In this document: piece after piece, positions 1 through 13,238 of the stretch | Numbering within the stretch: the stretch's first letter is position 1 | Layout of the letters: each line of letters begins with the position of its first letter | From: Eledone cirrhosa | Taxonomy: Eukaryota | NCBI GenBank assembly: GCA_964016885.1 | Contig: OZ024756.1 | Span: forward strand, 13,454,001-13,518,000 | Reading direction: 5' to 3' | Length of the DNA stretch: 64,000 nt | Made by a program: the position numbers and the translations under genes | Notes under the pieces: model-generated | The model's input: only the letters and a program-made list of their open reading frames with translations | What the model was told of the DNA's origin: nothing | Database searches by the model: none

Positions 1-31
<31 letters not shown>

Positions 32-394
32 TACATACATATATACATACATATATACATATGTATATATACATATATACATATATATATGTATATATAT
101 ACATATGCATATATACATATATATATATATACATATATATATATACATATGCATATATACATATATGTATATATATATATACATACACTTATAAATATAT
201 ATATACATATACATATATACATATACATATATATATATATATATACATATATATATACATATATATACATATACATATATATACATATACATGTACATAT
301 ATACATATACATATATATATATACATATATATACATATACACGTATATATACACATATATATATACATACATATACATGTATATATACATATCC

Positions 395-467
<73 letters not shown>

Positions 468-468
468 T

Positions 469-527
<59 letters not shown>

Positions 528-646
528 TACATATATATATATGCTTATATACATCTACTTATATACATATATACATATCCATATATAGATATATATGTAT
601 ACATATATATAAACATATATATATAAATACATACATATATACATAT

Positions 647-713
<67 letters not shown>

Positions 714-750
714 CATACATATATATACATATATACATATTTACATATAC

Positions 751-811
<61 letters not shown>

Positions 812-851
812 CATAAACATATATATATATATATACATATACATTTATATA

Positions 852-893
<42 letters not shown>

Positions 894-943
894 CATATAC
901 ATTTATATAAACATATATATATACATACATATACATTTATATA

Positions 944-1003
<60 letters not shown>

Positions 1004-1021
1004 CATATATACATATACATA

Positions 1022-1053
<32 letters not shown>

Positions 1054-1076
1054 CATACATATATACATACATATAT

Positions 1077-1131
<55 letters not shown>

Positions 1132-1275
1132 CATACATACATACATACATACATACATACATACATACATACATAAATACATACATACATACATACATAC
1201 ATACATACATACATAAATACATACATACATACATACATACATACATACATACATACATACATACATACATACATG
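1..1275. repeat. Compound (TA)n/(TACA)n microsatellite
   Basis: Direct inspection; a similar block is at 5935-7130 and many others occur throughout. Confidence 0.95.
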
Positions 1276-1278
1276 CAT

Positions 1279-2750
1279 CTGGAGTTCTCCTCTATTCAGA
1301 GAGGTGCATCCTCGCGAGGTGGAGAGAATAATTTGCTGATCTCCTAAATCCGATCACAAGAACATCTTCGGATGTACACGAGGTGAATCTGGGAGCAGTG
1401 ACTAATCTTTCAGTGGCTGAGGTCGCAAGAGCAGTTAAAGAGCACAAATGTGGTAATCCCTGAGGAAGATGAAATTCAGCCTGAGATGTTAAAAACCTTA
1501 AATAGAGAAGGCATTCTCTGGCTGACACGTGCGTGCCGGGTGGCCTAGATTTCCGGAAGGGCACCTAAGCAGTGGCAATCAGGAATGATAATCCCAATTT
1601 TCAAAAAGGGAGACAAGAGAGATTGTTCCAATTACAGAGGGATCTCCTTGTTAAGGCTCCCGGTAAAGTCTATGCTAAGTATCTGGCAAAGAGATCCAGT
1701 GAAATTGTCGAGTCCAAGTTAGCTGATGAACAGTGGTTTTCGTACCGGATGCAGCACAGCTGACCAAATATTCACACTGCAGCAGGTATTTGAGAAATCC
1801 TAGACGTATTGCCAAGAAGTATATTCTTGTTTTGTCGACCCTAAGAAAGTCATATGACTGCGTTCCTCGGGACCTGCTGTGGAAGGTTGTGCAGGAGTAT
1901 GGGATTGATGGTCAGTTTCTTGCTAACCTTATGTCTCTATATGAATGCCTGAGTATTTGTGTTCGGATAAATGGTGCTAAATCGAAACCATTCAATATAA
2001 GAGCCTGACTCCGCCAAGGGTGCATGCTGTCACTGCTCCTCTTCATTATTTACATGAACAGGATTGACATGGCCAGCCGTGTTGGAAGTGGTATCATGAC
2101 TGGCAGGTGGAGAATCAGTGGGCTGGAATTTGCAGACGACATGGCGTTAATTAACTTGACAAGATAATCTTCGACTTGCACTTGAAAGGTTTGATGCCGA
2201 GTGCTGCATGGCTGGAATGTAAATCAGTGCTGCGAAAACTGAGACATTCGTCGTCTCAAGGAAGCATGCACAGTGCACTACATGTGAATGAGGTTCCATT
2301 GAAGCAGCTAGAGAAGTTCAAGAACCTCAGGGTCGTGTTCACAAGTTATGGAAGGCAGGTGGCTTAATTAAGTGCAAGAATTGCAAAAGCTGGTGTAGTA
2401 ATACGTCAGCTTGAGCATTCAGTAATCAGAAAAAGGGAGGTAGGCATAAAAGCCAAACTCACTGTCTTCAATTCGGTTTTCGTGCCATCCCTTACCTATG
2501 GTCATGAGTCTTGGTGAATGATTGACAGAATACGGTCGTGAATACAAGCGGCCCAAATGGGATGCCTAGGAAGGGTCTTTGGAATAACATTATTCGATAA
2601 AGTGCATAGCTCAGAGATCAGAGAGTCACCCCAGAGTCATTCTAAAGCAGTTACTTCTCCGAATTGAGAGATCACAGCTCCGATACTATGGCAAAATGCT
2701 TAGAATGTCCCAGGAAAGAATCGCTGGACTGAGAACATCCATCTGCTTGG
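1279..2750 (+). mobile_element. Degenerate RTE-like LINE reverse transcriptase fragment
   Basis: Frameshifted and stop-disrupted RT: IIPIFKKGDKRDCSNYRGISLL, DQIFTLQQVFEK, YDCVPRDLLWKV, LRQGCMLSLLLFIIYM, FADD. Confidence 0.85.
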
Positions 2751-2819
2751 CTGGTGAAATGGCTAACTAAATTTAATAATACAGTTAACCATTTGAATTA
2801 TTTCAGGATAGTTTTGACA

Positions 2820-4165
2820 GTGACAACAACAACTACGTCGACTGTAACAACAATAACTACGTCAACAACAACAACGACGACGTCAACAGTAACAACAACG
2901 ACGACGTCAACAGTAACAACAACGACTACGTCGACAGTAACAACAACGACGACGTCAACAGTAAAAACAACAACGACGGCGTCAACAGTAACAACAACGA
3001 CTACGTCGACAGTAACAACAACGACGACGTCAACAGTAACAACAACGACTACGTCGACAGTAACAACAACGACGACGTCGACAGTAACAACAACGACGAC
3101 GTCAACAGTAAAAACAACAACGACGGCGTCAACAGTAACAACAACGACTACGTCGACAGTAACAACAACGACGACGTCAACAGTAACAACAACGACTACG
3201 TCGACAGTAACAACAACGACTACGTCGACAGTAACAACAACGACGACGTCAACAGTAAAAACAACAACGACGTCAACAGTAACAACAACGACGACGTCAA
3301 CAGTAACAACAACGACTACGTCAACAGTAACAACAACGACTACGTCGACAGTAACAACAACGACGACGTCAACAGTAACAACAACGACGGCGTCAACAGT
3401 AACAACAACGACTACGTCGACAGTAACAACAACGACGACGTCAACAGTAAAAACAACAACGACGTCAACAGTAACAACAACGACGACGTCAACAGTAACA
3501 ACAACGACTACGTCAACAGTAACAACAACGACTACGTCGACAGTAACAACAACGACGACGTCAACAGTAACAACAACGACGGCGTCAACAGTAACAACAA
3601 CGACTACGTCGACAGTAACAACAACGACGACGTCAACAGTAAAAACAACAACGACGTCAACAGTAACAACAACGACGACGTCAACAGTAACAACAACGAC
3701 GACGTCAACAGTAAAAACAACAACGACGTCAACAGTAACAACAACGACGACGTCAACAGTAACAACAACGACGGTGTCAACAGTAACAACAACGACTACG
3801 TCGACAGTAACAACAGTAACGTCAACAACAACAACGACGACGTCAACAGTAACAACAACGACGGCGTCAACTGTAACAACAACGACGACGTCAACATTAA
3901 CAACAATAACGTCAACAACAACAACGACGGCGTCGACAGTAAGAACAATAACGTCAACAACAACAACGACGGCGTCGACAGTAACAACAATAACGTCAAC
4001 AACAACGACGACGTCAACAGTAACAACAACGACGACGTCAACAGTAACAACAACGACGACGTCAACAGTAACAACAACGACGACGTCGACAGTAACAACG
4101 ACGACGTCAACAGTAACAACAACGACGACGTCAACAGTAACAACAACGACGACGTAAACAGTAAC
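2820..4165. repeat. 24-bp minisatellite (ACGTCAACAGTAACAACAACGACG)n
   Basis: Regular 24-bp period, read as TTTTTSTV in one frame. Confidence 0.9.
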
Positions 4166-4448
4166 AATGACAACCATGTCAACATCTACAACTTAATAGT
4201 AATTGAAAATAAACAGGAAAACGTGAAAATGCATTTTATTTATTTATTTTACATTTGAAAGGTAAATTGCCACAGATTTGTGTGATTATTCTTCATCCAC
4301 ACACCTGTGTACTTCCGTTTTGTATTTGTCACACCATCATGTCAATCTTGTCCTTTTCTTAAACGTCACATGACTCCTTTTACCAACATACGCCAGTCTC
4401 TCAGTTTAATACACTTAGTGATAGACAGAAAGAGAGAGAGAGATGGAA

Positions 4449-4484
<36 letters not shown>

Positions 4485-4485
4485 G

Positions 4486-4521
<36 letters not shown>

Positions 4522-4741
4522 GAGAGTGAGTGATCTTATTAACCTGCATAGGACCACAGATAACTGCATACTTTGTGTGTGTCAGAGGCTGTTTAGAACA
4601 CTGGGCTTCCAATTGTGAGGTTCTGAGTTCGATTCCTTGATCGGGCGATGCGTGACGGTTGTGTTTTATTAAGATACATATTACATATATATGTACACAC
4701 ATATATATATGTACACACATATATATATGTACACACATATA

Positions 4742-4839
<98 letters not shown>

Positions 4840-4840
<1 letters not shown>

Positions 4841-5880
4841 GTAGAACACTGGAAGGTAATATCCGTAGTGGTAGAGTACTCAGTCATGGGACGACTTAGG
4901 TTGAAGTAGTAACGCAACAGTTCGTTCACCATACCGAGAACAATTGTTTCACCTTATGCGGATCTTCAGCTCGGACTGGTCATGGTTATACGGAACAGGA
5001 AGAACAACCGTATGAACGCGCATGCACAGAAACGGTCACTTCACCCAAGCGATAAAAAACCAGGCGCGAAATGTGTAAGGGAGATAACTGCGAAAGTCCG
5101 GAAAATATGTTCGAGTTCATTAGAAAATTAGAATGTTGTTGTTATTCAATCTGGAGCTTTGTAGTTATGCAAGAGGTGTTTCCAGACTTGTGGACAACGT
5201 GAGAAGATTTCATATCTTGAATTTGTTATATTCCTTGTTGTTGTAAAATGTGGTTTGGGTTGGTGGTTGTAGATTGAATGGGGTGTTGCTGTACTGCGAG
5301 TATGGGTGTGTGTTTCTATGTGCCATGTTGGATTGTGGTGTTATAGGTGGCCTACGTTATTGGTTGTATCGTGTGGTGTGGGTTTGTTGTGTATTGTGGA
5401 AGCGAGAGTTGAGAAAATGGAAATTACCTTGCTGTCCCCTTGAAGCGGGGAAGTTGTTACACATTTTACAACAACAAGGAATATAACAAACACAGGAGAC
5501 CACTTAACATCAGCAGACAACCCCTCTACCCCAACCATTTTTTAGACACAGCACACAGATACAAGCAAACAAAATAACACTAGACAGGGAGGAGAAACCG
5601 ATAGTAATAAAAATTATCAATCTAACTAGTGCAGAACCAACACCCAACCTTATCAACTTACTCTCTAAAGGTCTTAAATTCACACCGACCCAACTACGTC
5701 CTAACTACTATGAAATGAAGGAAGACATCACAGACTTCTGTAGAAAGTTACGACTCAGTGAACAACTATTCGACCAGTACAATGAGGATGAATCATTAGC
5801 CAGAAATAGAAGCAATTACACCCCATCAATAGGTAGAAATAAAATCCTGGACAAATTCTGTGAACACATCACAAATCCTA
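4840..5880 (+). mobile_element. Penelope-like element 5' remnant
   Basis: About 5610-5876 reads IINLTSAEPTPNLINLLSKGLKFTPT...DITDFCRKLRL, the typical PLE N-terminal LLxKGLxFxP motif. An antisense HHR sits at 4934 and there is an internal inverted segment. Confidence 0.7.
4934..4974 (-). ncRNA. Type I hammerhead ribozyme motif
   Basis: CCGAG-CUGAAGA-uccgcauaaggu-GAAA-CAAUUG-UU-CUCGG: 5-bp stem I, palindromic stem III, GUU site; stem II is weak. Confidence 0.7.
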
Positions 5881-6055
5881 ATTAAACTATTTTTCACTGT
5901 GAACAATTTGTCAGCATTTTCTATTCCGTTTACCAATATATATATATAGACATATATTTACATATACACATATATATATATACATATGTATATATATATA
6001 TACATATACATATATATATAAACATATATATATAAATACATACATATATACATAT

Positions 6056-6154
<99 letters not shown>

Positions 6155-6187
6155 CATATATATACATATATACATATTTACATATAC

Positions 6188-6234
<47 letters not shown>

Positions 6235-6274
6235 CATAAACATATATATATATATATACATATACATTTATATA

Positions 6275-6312
<38 letters not shown>

Positions 6313-6678
6313 CATATACATTTATATAAACATATATATATACATACATATACATTTATATAAACATATATAAATGTATATGTATGTATATATATATGTT
6401 TATATAAATGTATATATACTCATTGAATCTTGTTATACTCTTTAATACATATACACATATATATATACATATATATACATTTATATATACATATACATAT
6501 ATACATATATTTACATATACATATACATATAGACATATATTTACATATACACATATATATATATACATATGTATATATATATATGCATATACATATATAT
6601 ATAAACATATATATATAAATACATACATATATACATATATACATACATATATATATAAATACATACATATATACATAT

Positions 6679-6757
<79 letters not shown>

Positions 6758-6927
6758 CATACATACATACATATATATACATATATACATATTTACATAT
6801 ACATATATATACATATATATATATATACATACATATATACATACATATATACACACATATATATATATATATACATATATACATACATATATATATACAT
6901 ATATATATATACATATATACATACATA

Positions 6928-6959
<32 letters not shown>

Positions 6960-7050
6960 CATATATATATATACATATATATATATACATATATATACAT
7001 ATATATATATACATATATATATATACATATATATATATACATATATATAC

Positions 7051-7103
<53 letters not shown>

Positions 7104-7179
7104 TATATATACATATATATATATCTATATCCAAAATTAAGATAGATTAAAAGAATTCAATCAGAATCGAAATTATGGG

Positions 7180-7210
<31 letters not shown>

Positions 7211-7377
7211 ACATTTATACATGTATACATATATACATATATATATATGTATATAATAGTGAAGTTGCTATCAAAACAATCCGAGTTCATTCAGAACATC
7301 GATGAAACTAAATACAGTAAGTTATTTAGTTGGGTGCTTTAAGGGGTCCGTCAACGCATTGTCTTTGTAGCTCAACA

Positions 7378-7495
<118 letters not shown>

Positions 7496-7571
7496 AATCA
7501 ATCACATCTCCAATCTCACACATTTCTACTCTCATCTTTACTCCATCTCATTTCTTGTTTATTTATTCAAT

Positions 7572-8626
7572 TTATTTTGCAGCTAAAAAATCAATGTGGG
7601 TTTCTCGACTTGTGTGACTCGTATGATCATAACCAACAACTTTAATTTCTGTTCCTCCGAAGATCACTTCCAGATCAACGGAACGGTTTTTGTCGCCGGT
7701 TAAATCCGGCATTCCGACAACAAGACAACCACATTTTTCTACATTCTCTTCGTCAACATATTTTACATTGCGCTTTGTTGACTTGAAAAACTCAAACATT
7801 ATTCCCTTTTGGTTAGTGATAATAGGCGTGTAGGTTTCTCGCCATACTTCATTAGCACCTATCACCTTACCGGCTTTGGCCCATATCTGGAAGATATTCT
7901 TGCACAGAACCAAATCCTCGGAAACGACTTTCAAATCTTCCCGGTGATAACCCTCCTCGAATGGAAGGTAAGAGCCGACTCCATATGTAAACCGACAAAT
8001 TCTTTTACAGATTGTGCTCGGATCGTGACCGAAGGCCACAGCACCACGCACAACAGCTAGACTCGCTTCTTCTGGAATGAGTACCGTAAGGCGATCTCCG
8101 AACCGTTCTTTCACAGAACGTTGCAGCCGAACGGATTCAGCAAAACCGCCCACCATAAAAATATACTTGGTATCTTTCATTTTGGCTGAAGCCAGTAACC
8201 AATATACGTGGTCATTGATTTGTTGAAGTGCATCAGAAAAGAGTGAGCTTACTTTATCAGGAGACAACACCAGCTTACCACCAGAGAACTTCACTTCATT
8301 ATTACATTCACTAGCGTATGATTTTATCACTTCTTGAACACTCTTTCCATCGAATTTAAAGTTGCAAAAGTTATAGGGCAGCGACACCCGAATGCTTTCA
8401 CCCTCACCTCTCTTTTTTACCTCAAAGTCTTGTAGTAGTTCCACATAATCCTTGGGATGATTACTTTGGAAATCGTTCATAAAGGCCTCACCAAAAATCT
8501 GAACCATCAAGTTGAGAAATTGCCTGTCAATAACAGTTCCTCCCCAAGCCCCACCTGTGGCATGGAATAGTTCTCGAATACGTCCATCTCGTCGTACTTT
8601 GTGAGCAACCACATCGATTGTACCAC
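7572..8626 (-). CDS. HSPA12: HSPA12-like terminal coding exon 4
   Basis: Acceptor tttcAG|GT completes DAGGGTID; contains GGAWGGTVID, MVGGFAES, LIPEEASLAVVRGAV and FGGTEIKV; stop at 7572. Spliced CDS 804+222+175+1055 = 2256 bp = 751 aa plus stop. Confidence 0.95.
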
Positions 8627-8723
8627 CTGAAATGATAATAATAATCATAATATAATAAAGTAAGGAGTGCGGGACTGTGTCCTGAATATATTTTTTTTAT
8701 CCCGTTTGTAAAATAAGTTGGAT

Positions 8724-9118
8724 TACTTTGAATAAATAATTGTTTCTACTTTAGGCACAAGGCCAGCAATTACCCAGTGTATTACTGGTACTTTGAATAA
8801 ATAATTGTTTCTACTTTAGGCACAAGGCCAGCAATTACCCAGTGTATTACTGGTACTTTGAATAAATAATTGTTTCTACTTTAGGCACAAGGCCAGCAAT
8901 TACACAGTGAATTACTGGTACTTTGAATAAATAATTGTTTCTACTTTAGGCACAAGGCCAGCAATTACCCAGTGTATTACTGGTACTTTGAATAAATAAT
9001 TGTTTCTACTTTTGGCACAAGGCCAGCAATTACCCAGTGCATTACTGGTACTTTGAATAAATAATTGTTTCTACTTTTGGCACAAGGCCAGCAATTACCC
9101 AGTGCATTACTGGTACTT
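8724..9118. repeat. 65-bp tandem repeat x6 derived from the SINE 3' end
   Basis: AATAAATAATTGTTTCTAC recurs at 8731, 8796, 8861, 8926, 8991 and 9056. Confidence 0.9.
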
Positions 9119-9241
9119 TATTTTATCGACCCCGTAAGGATGAAAGGCAAAGTCAACCTCGGCGGGATTTGAACTCAGATCGTAAAGGGACGTAACTATG
9201 CTGGAAAGCATGGCGTCCGACCCTCTACCGATACTGCCAAA
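9056..9241 (-). mobile_element. tRNA-derived SINE copy in HSPA12 intron 3
   Basis: Reverse complement of the 11793 family. Confidence 0.8.
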
Positions 9242-9565
9242 TAATGGATGAATATTACATAATTTATCTACTAAATTTCGTAACTCTTGATAAAACATAA
9301 ATAATTTTATTGCTTATTTCAAGATTCACTTCTTTAAAATGTTCAACTGTCAACATTTCCGGTTAGCGTCAGTTATATTATTACACTTATTACATCTCTT
9401 ATATAAACGTTTATATATTGGCATCGTTATATAAGGTTTACATTTTCGCTGCTAATTTTCTCCTTTTTCGTTTTCACAACAGTTTATATATAATGCAGTT
9501 TATATATAATATCGTCTATTTTAAATGTGTCATGGATTACTTTACTGATTACATAAGACAGTGTA

Positions 9566-9598
<33 letters not shown>

Positions 9599-9807
9599 TA
9601 CGCATACACACATACACATACACACACATACACACACACATACACACACATACATACACACACACATACATACACACACACATTCACACACATAGACGCA
9701 CATACACACACATGCACACACACACACACACACGCATACACGCACACACAATCACGCACACACACATACACATACACACACACATATATACGCACACACA
9801 CATACAT

Positions 9808-9854
<47 letters not shown>

Positions 9855-10610
9855 TATATATATATATAATATATATATATTGTTGCCAACTACTATAGAC
9901 ATGAAATGTTGCGTATTTGCTTTAGTGATCATGTGATCACCTGATCATCTGTTATAAGGATCGATTATTGATTAATGACTGTTACAAGAGATGAGATGGC
10001 ATATGATGAGGTAATCACATGACCGACATTGCTGTAGATTATCACAACTAAGAATATCAGACCAGTGAGAAAGCATCAACGTGACCCACTGAACTTGCTA
10101 GATATTCTGTTATTCAATTATGTGTTCCATTCGACAGACTGAGGCCATGCTGGAGCACTGCCATTATATGTAGGAACCAAATTCACAGAACTTGCTAGAT
10201 ATAGCAACCAAATGTCCCCTCAAATCACACATTGGATAGTATGGTTTTCTGCACACAGAGAACAAAGGACAAATACTATTGTAAGGATCGTTCCAGCATA
10301 GCTGACTTGGGCTTTAACCCTTTAGCATTTAAACTGGCCATATCTGGCTTTATCTCACATAGTTATCTCACATAATATCCAATCTATAAGATGTTAATAT
10401 TATTTATTTTGAGAACAATATCTTAACATCAGTATGAACAGCCAGTTACAGCCGATTTCAACAGAAAGAAATGAAATAATTCTGGTTGGATGTGGCCGGT
10501 TTAAATGCTAAAGGGTTAAACATCAAGAAACATTGGAAGTAAATGCCTCACCTTGCACGAACATTAAAAATACCCCAGTCATGATTGAATAAAAAAAAAA
10601 AGAAACTCAC

Positions 10611-10785
10611 CTCCAGCATCAATAACAAGATATTTAGTTCCGGGTTCAAATGTTGGTTTATTTCCTTCTGGTTGTGTTGTACCCACTAACGTGTTACCAG
10701 GCCACTTTCGGCAATGGAGTGATGCAGCTTCCGGTTCCAGTGCAATAAATAACTGATCACTGTTTTTACTTGTGATCAAATCAGC
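10611..10785 (-). CDS. HSPA12: HSPA12-like coding exon 3
   Basis: Acceptor ttattAG|GCT; encodes ADLITSKNSDQLFIALEPEAASLHC...YLVIDAG; donor G|GTGAGT; 175 bp, ends in phase 1. Confidence 0.93.
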
Positions 10786-10916
10786 CTAATAAAAAACAGA
10801 TGTGATATATATGATTTAAAAATTAGGTAAATACCAGATCAGATCATTCTATTACAGTGAATAAATGTTAGAGAGAGAAGATAGAGATAGAAAAAGAGTG
10901 AGGAAGAACTACTTAC

Positions 10917-11138
10917 CCGAAAAGCTGCCTCTCTCATAAATTGCTTAGCATTGTCATCCCAAATAGCTGGAACGGTGAGGACCCAACGAACTGTCTGTGG
11001 ATGTGGTTCATAACCTAAGTGTGCCGATACAGCTCTTAAAAAATGTGTTTTCATGAACCAAAGTGATTTAGCAAAAACATCAACAGCAGGTAAAGTTTTC
11101 CCCTTGGCATCCTCTAACATGATGTTTGTGTGCAATTC
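10917..11138 (-). CDS. HSPA12: HSPA12-like coding exon 2
   Basis: Acceptor ttctacAG|GAA; encodes ELHTNIMLEDAKGK...VRWVLTVPAIWDDNAKQFMREAAFR; donor CGG|GTAAGT; 222 bp, phase 0/0, continues exon 1 in frame. Confidence 0.93.
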
Positions 11139-11792
11139 CTGTAGAAGACACAAAGGAATACATTAGGGTTATAAATAGTGGAATATACTAATTCTTGGTG
11201 GAAGATACCATTTCTGGGTGGAACAGCTAAGGAATTGTTTATTTTTAATTTTTAAAAGAAATTTTCTTTAAAGAAATTCTGTTTAAAGAAATTTACAATT
11301 CATTGCTGTTTGCATAAAAAAAAAAAGAGAAAAAAAAACATAAATGGTGAAAATAAGGGAAACGGGGGGGGGGGGGGAGGAAGCAGCCTCTACAGTTGTG
11401 AAAGTTGTGGAGGCAATGTTGTTGAGAACAGCCAGCGACACTCGCTGCATCAACCACTTAACCTCACAGGGGGCTTGGGAGCTACTTCTTCAGGTGATTT
11501 TGCGGAGGAAAACAGCTGTTTCAGGAACGATGACATCAGTTTTCAATGATGACCAACACGAAATAGAAGTGGTCTGGGGACCAAGGACATCAGAGGTCTC
11601 AACAGTGACTGCTACTAAATGGAAGGGGTCAAATAATACTGCATCGGGCCAGTGATGGCAAAGTCGATGGAGTTCCCCTAAATATATTGGAAAGGGAGCT
11701 CTGGTGTTGATGAGGAAAGGTATGGAAAAGCTCTGAGGTTGATGGCGATTGACTAGTTCTAAGTGTGTTTGTGTGTATCATTATTTTAGAAG

Positions 11793-11983
11793 GGCGGTGG
11801 ATTGGCAGTATCGGTAGAGGGTCGGACGCCATGCTTTCCAGCATAGTTACGTCCCTTTACGATCTGAGTTCAAATCCCGCCGAGGTTGACTTTGCCTTTC
11901 ATCCTTACGGGGTCGATAAAATAAAGTACCAGTAACGCACTGGGTAATTGCTGGCCTTGTGCCTAAAGTAGAAACAATTATTA
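11793..11983 (+). mobile_element. tRNA-derived SINE (family copy)
   Basis: A-box-like TGGCAGTATCGG, B-box GAGTTCAAATCC, body TTTGCCTTTCATCCTTACGGGGTCGATAAAATAAAGTACCAG and tail GGCCTTGTGCC..AGTAGAAACAATTATT; many copies in the window. Confidence 0.8.
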
Positions 11984-12135
11984 TTTTAGATGAGAAGTTA
12001 CGAGCCTCTAGCTTTCTTTTTATTTCATTTTTTTTCGAAGAAGATTTTGTGAGTGACCTCAAGGGCCGTCCCACAGCACATCTTAGCCTATTCTGTGGGA
12101 ATAAAGGTCACAGACACACGTGCACACACACACGT

Positions 12136-12207
<72 letters not shown>

Positions 12208-12409
12208 TGCGAAAGGTCAACAAGAAAAAACAAGACAGGACAACATTACATGCAGTAATGATATTAGTTTAACACTTGATATAGTAGGAAAAGAGTCTTA
12301 AAGCTTTGGACGTTAGGTACTTCATCAGAAGATAGAAAAAGAAATAGAAAGATAGACGAGAGTAAGAAATGGAAAATTATAGAAGGAAAGCACGTCTGTG
12401 TCTAGTCAG

Positions 12410-12454
<45 letters not shown>

Positions 12455-12459
<5 letters not shown>

Positions 12460-12802
12460 ATACTTTGGGAGGGTCATGTTGCCAATAAGAAACACACGCA
12501 CCAGTTGTTTTCACTTCAATTTATTATATATTTATAAATTTATAAATTTACAAATTTACAAACTTATAAATTTCTGGTTGGTTGGTTGGTTCCACAACCA
12601 GATAGTTATTTATATATAGTCATAGTCCTTTCGTCACACACTCTGTGACCTCTTCAGTGACTGGGGATTCCTTTCTTTGTTTCTGTGCCTTTCCTTTCTT
12701 CTATCCTACGCCATTTTGTTTCTGTGTGTGTGTTGTGTGCTCAGTTTGCGCATGCGCCACATCCGGGTGTCTGTGTGTGTTTGTGTTCATTTATCTATTT
12801 GT

Positions 12803-12833
<31 letters not shown>

Positions 12834-13219
12834 TTGTTGGTTGGTTGTTTGTTCTATGTGTGTGTGTGTTTTCATTTTGTCCTGTGTGTGTTTTCATTCT
12901 GTCCTTAATTGTAAGTTGTTTGTTCTATGTGTGTGTGTGTGTTTTCATTTTGTCCTGTTTGTGTTTTCATTTTGTCCTTAATTGTAAGTTGTGATGTTGC
13001 TGTTCCACTCATATTTTCTATTTAATTTTGGTTGTAATTCTTTTATGCTTACTGCCTCTGTAATTTGCCTAAACATTGCATCTTTTCTGTGTGTGGATTC
13101 TATTTTTATTTCTATGTTCTCTAATCTACCCCTGTGTTCTATCTTAGCATGTTGGTAGAGCACAGATGATTCTTTATTATCTTGGAGGTCTCGCCAGTGT
13201 TCATTTATTCGTTCCCCTA
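12455..13219 (-). mobile_element. Second, shorter copy of the same Penelope-like element
   Basis: Near-identical reverse complement of about 38390-39110 (LYQHAKIEHRG...LNRKYEWN plus 3' region and HHR). Confidence 0.88.
12618..12662 (-). ncRNA. Type I hammerhead ribozyme motif (PLE pLTR)
   Basis: AGUCA-CUGAAGA-g-GUCACA gagug UGUGAC-GAAA-ggac-UA-UGACU. Confidence 0.8.
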
Positions 13220-13238
13220 GGTGAGACAGCTCGTAGTA

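Noticed and set aside
61-1278. Long YI/TH/VC-repeat ORFs here and throughout the window
   Set aside because: They are stop-free translations of (TA)n, (CA)n and (TACA)n microsatellites, with no domain content or splice support.
4590-4680. tRNA-like GAGTTCGATTCC box
   Set aside because: No complete cloverleaf; most likely a decayed SINE head rather than a tRNA gene.
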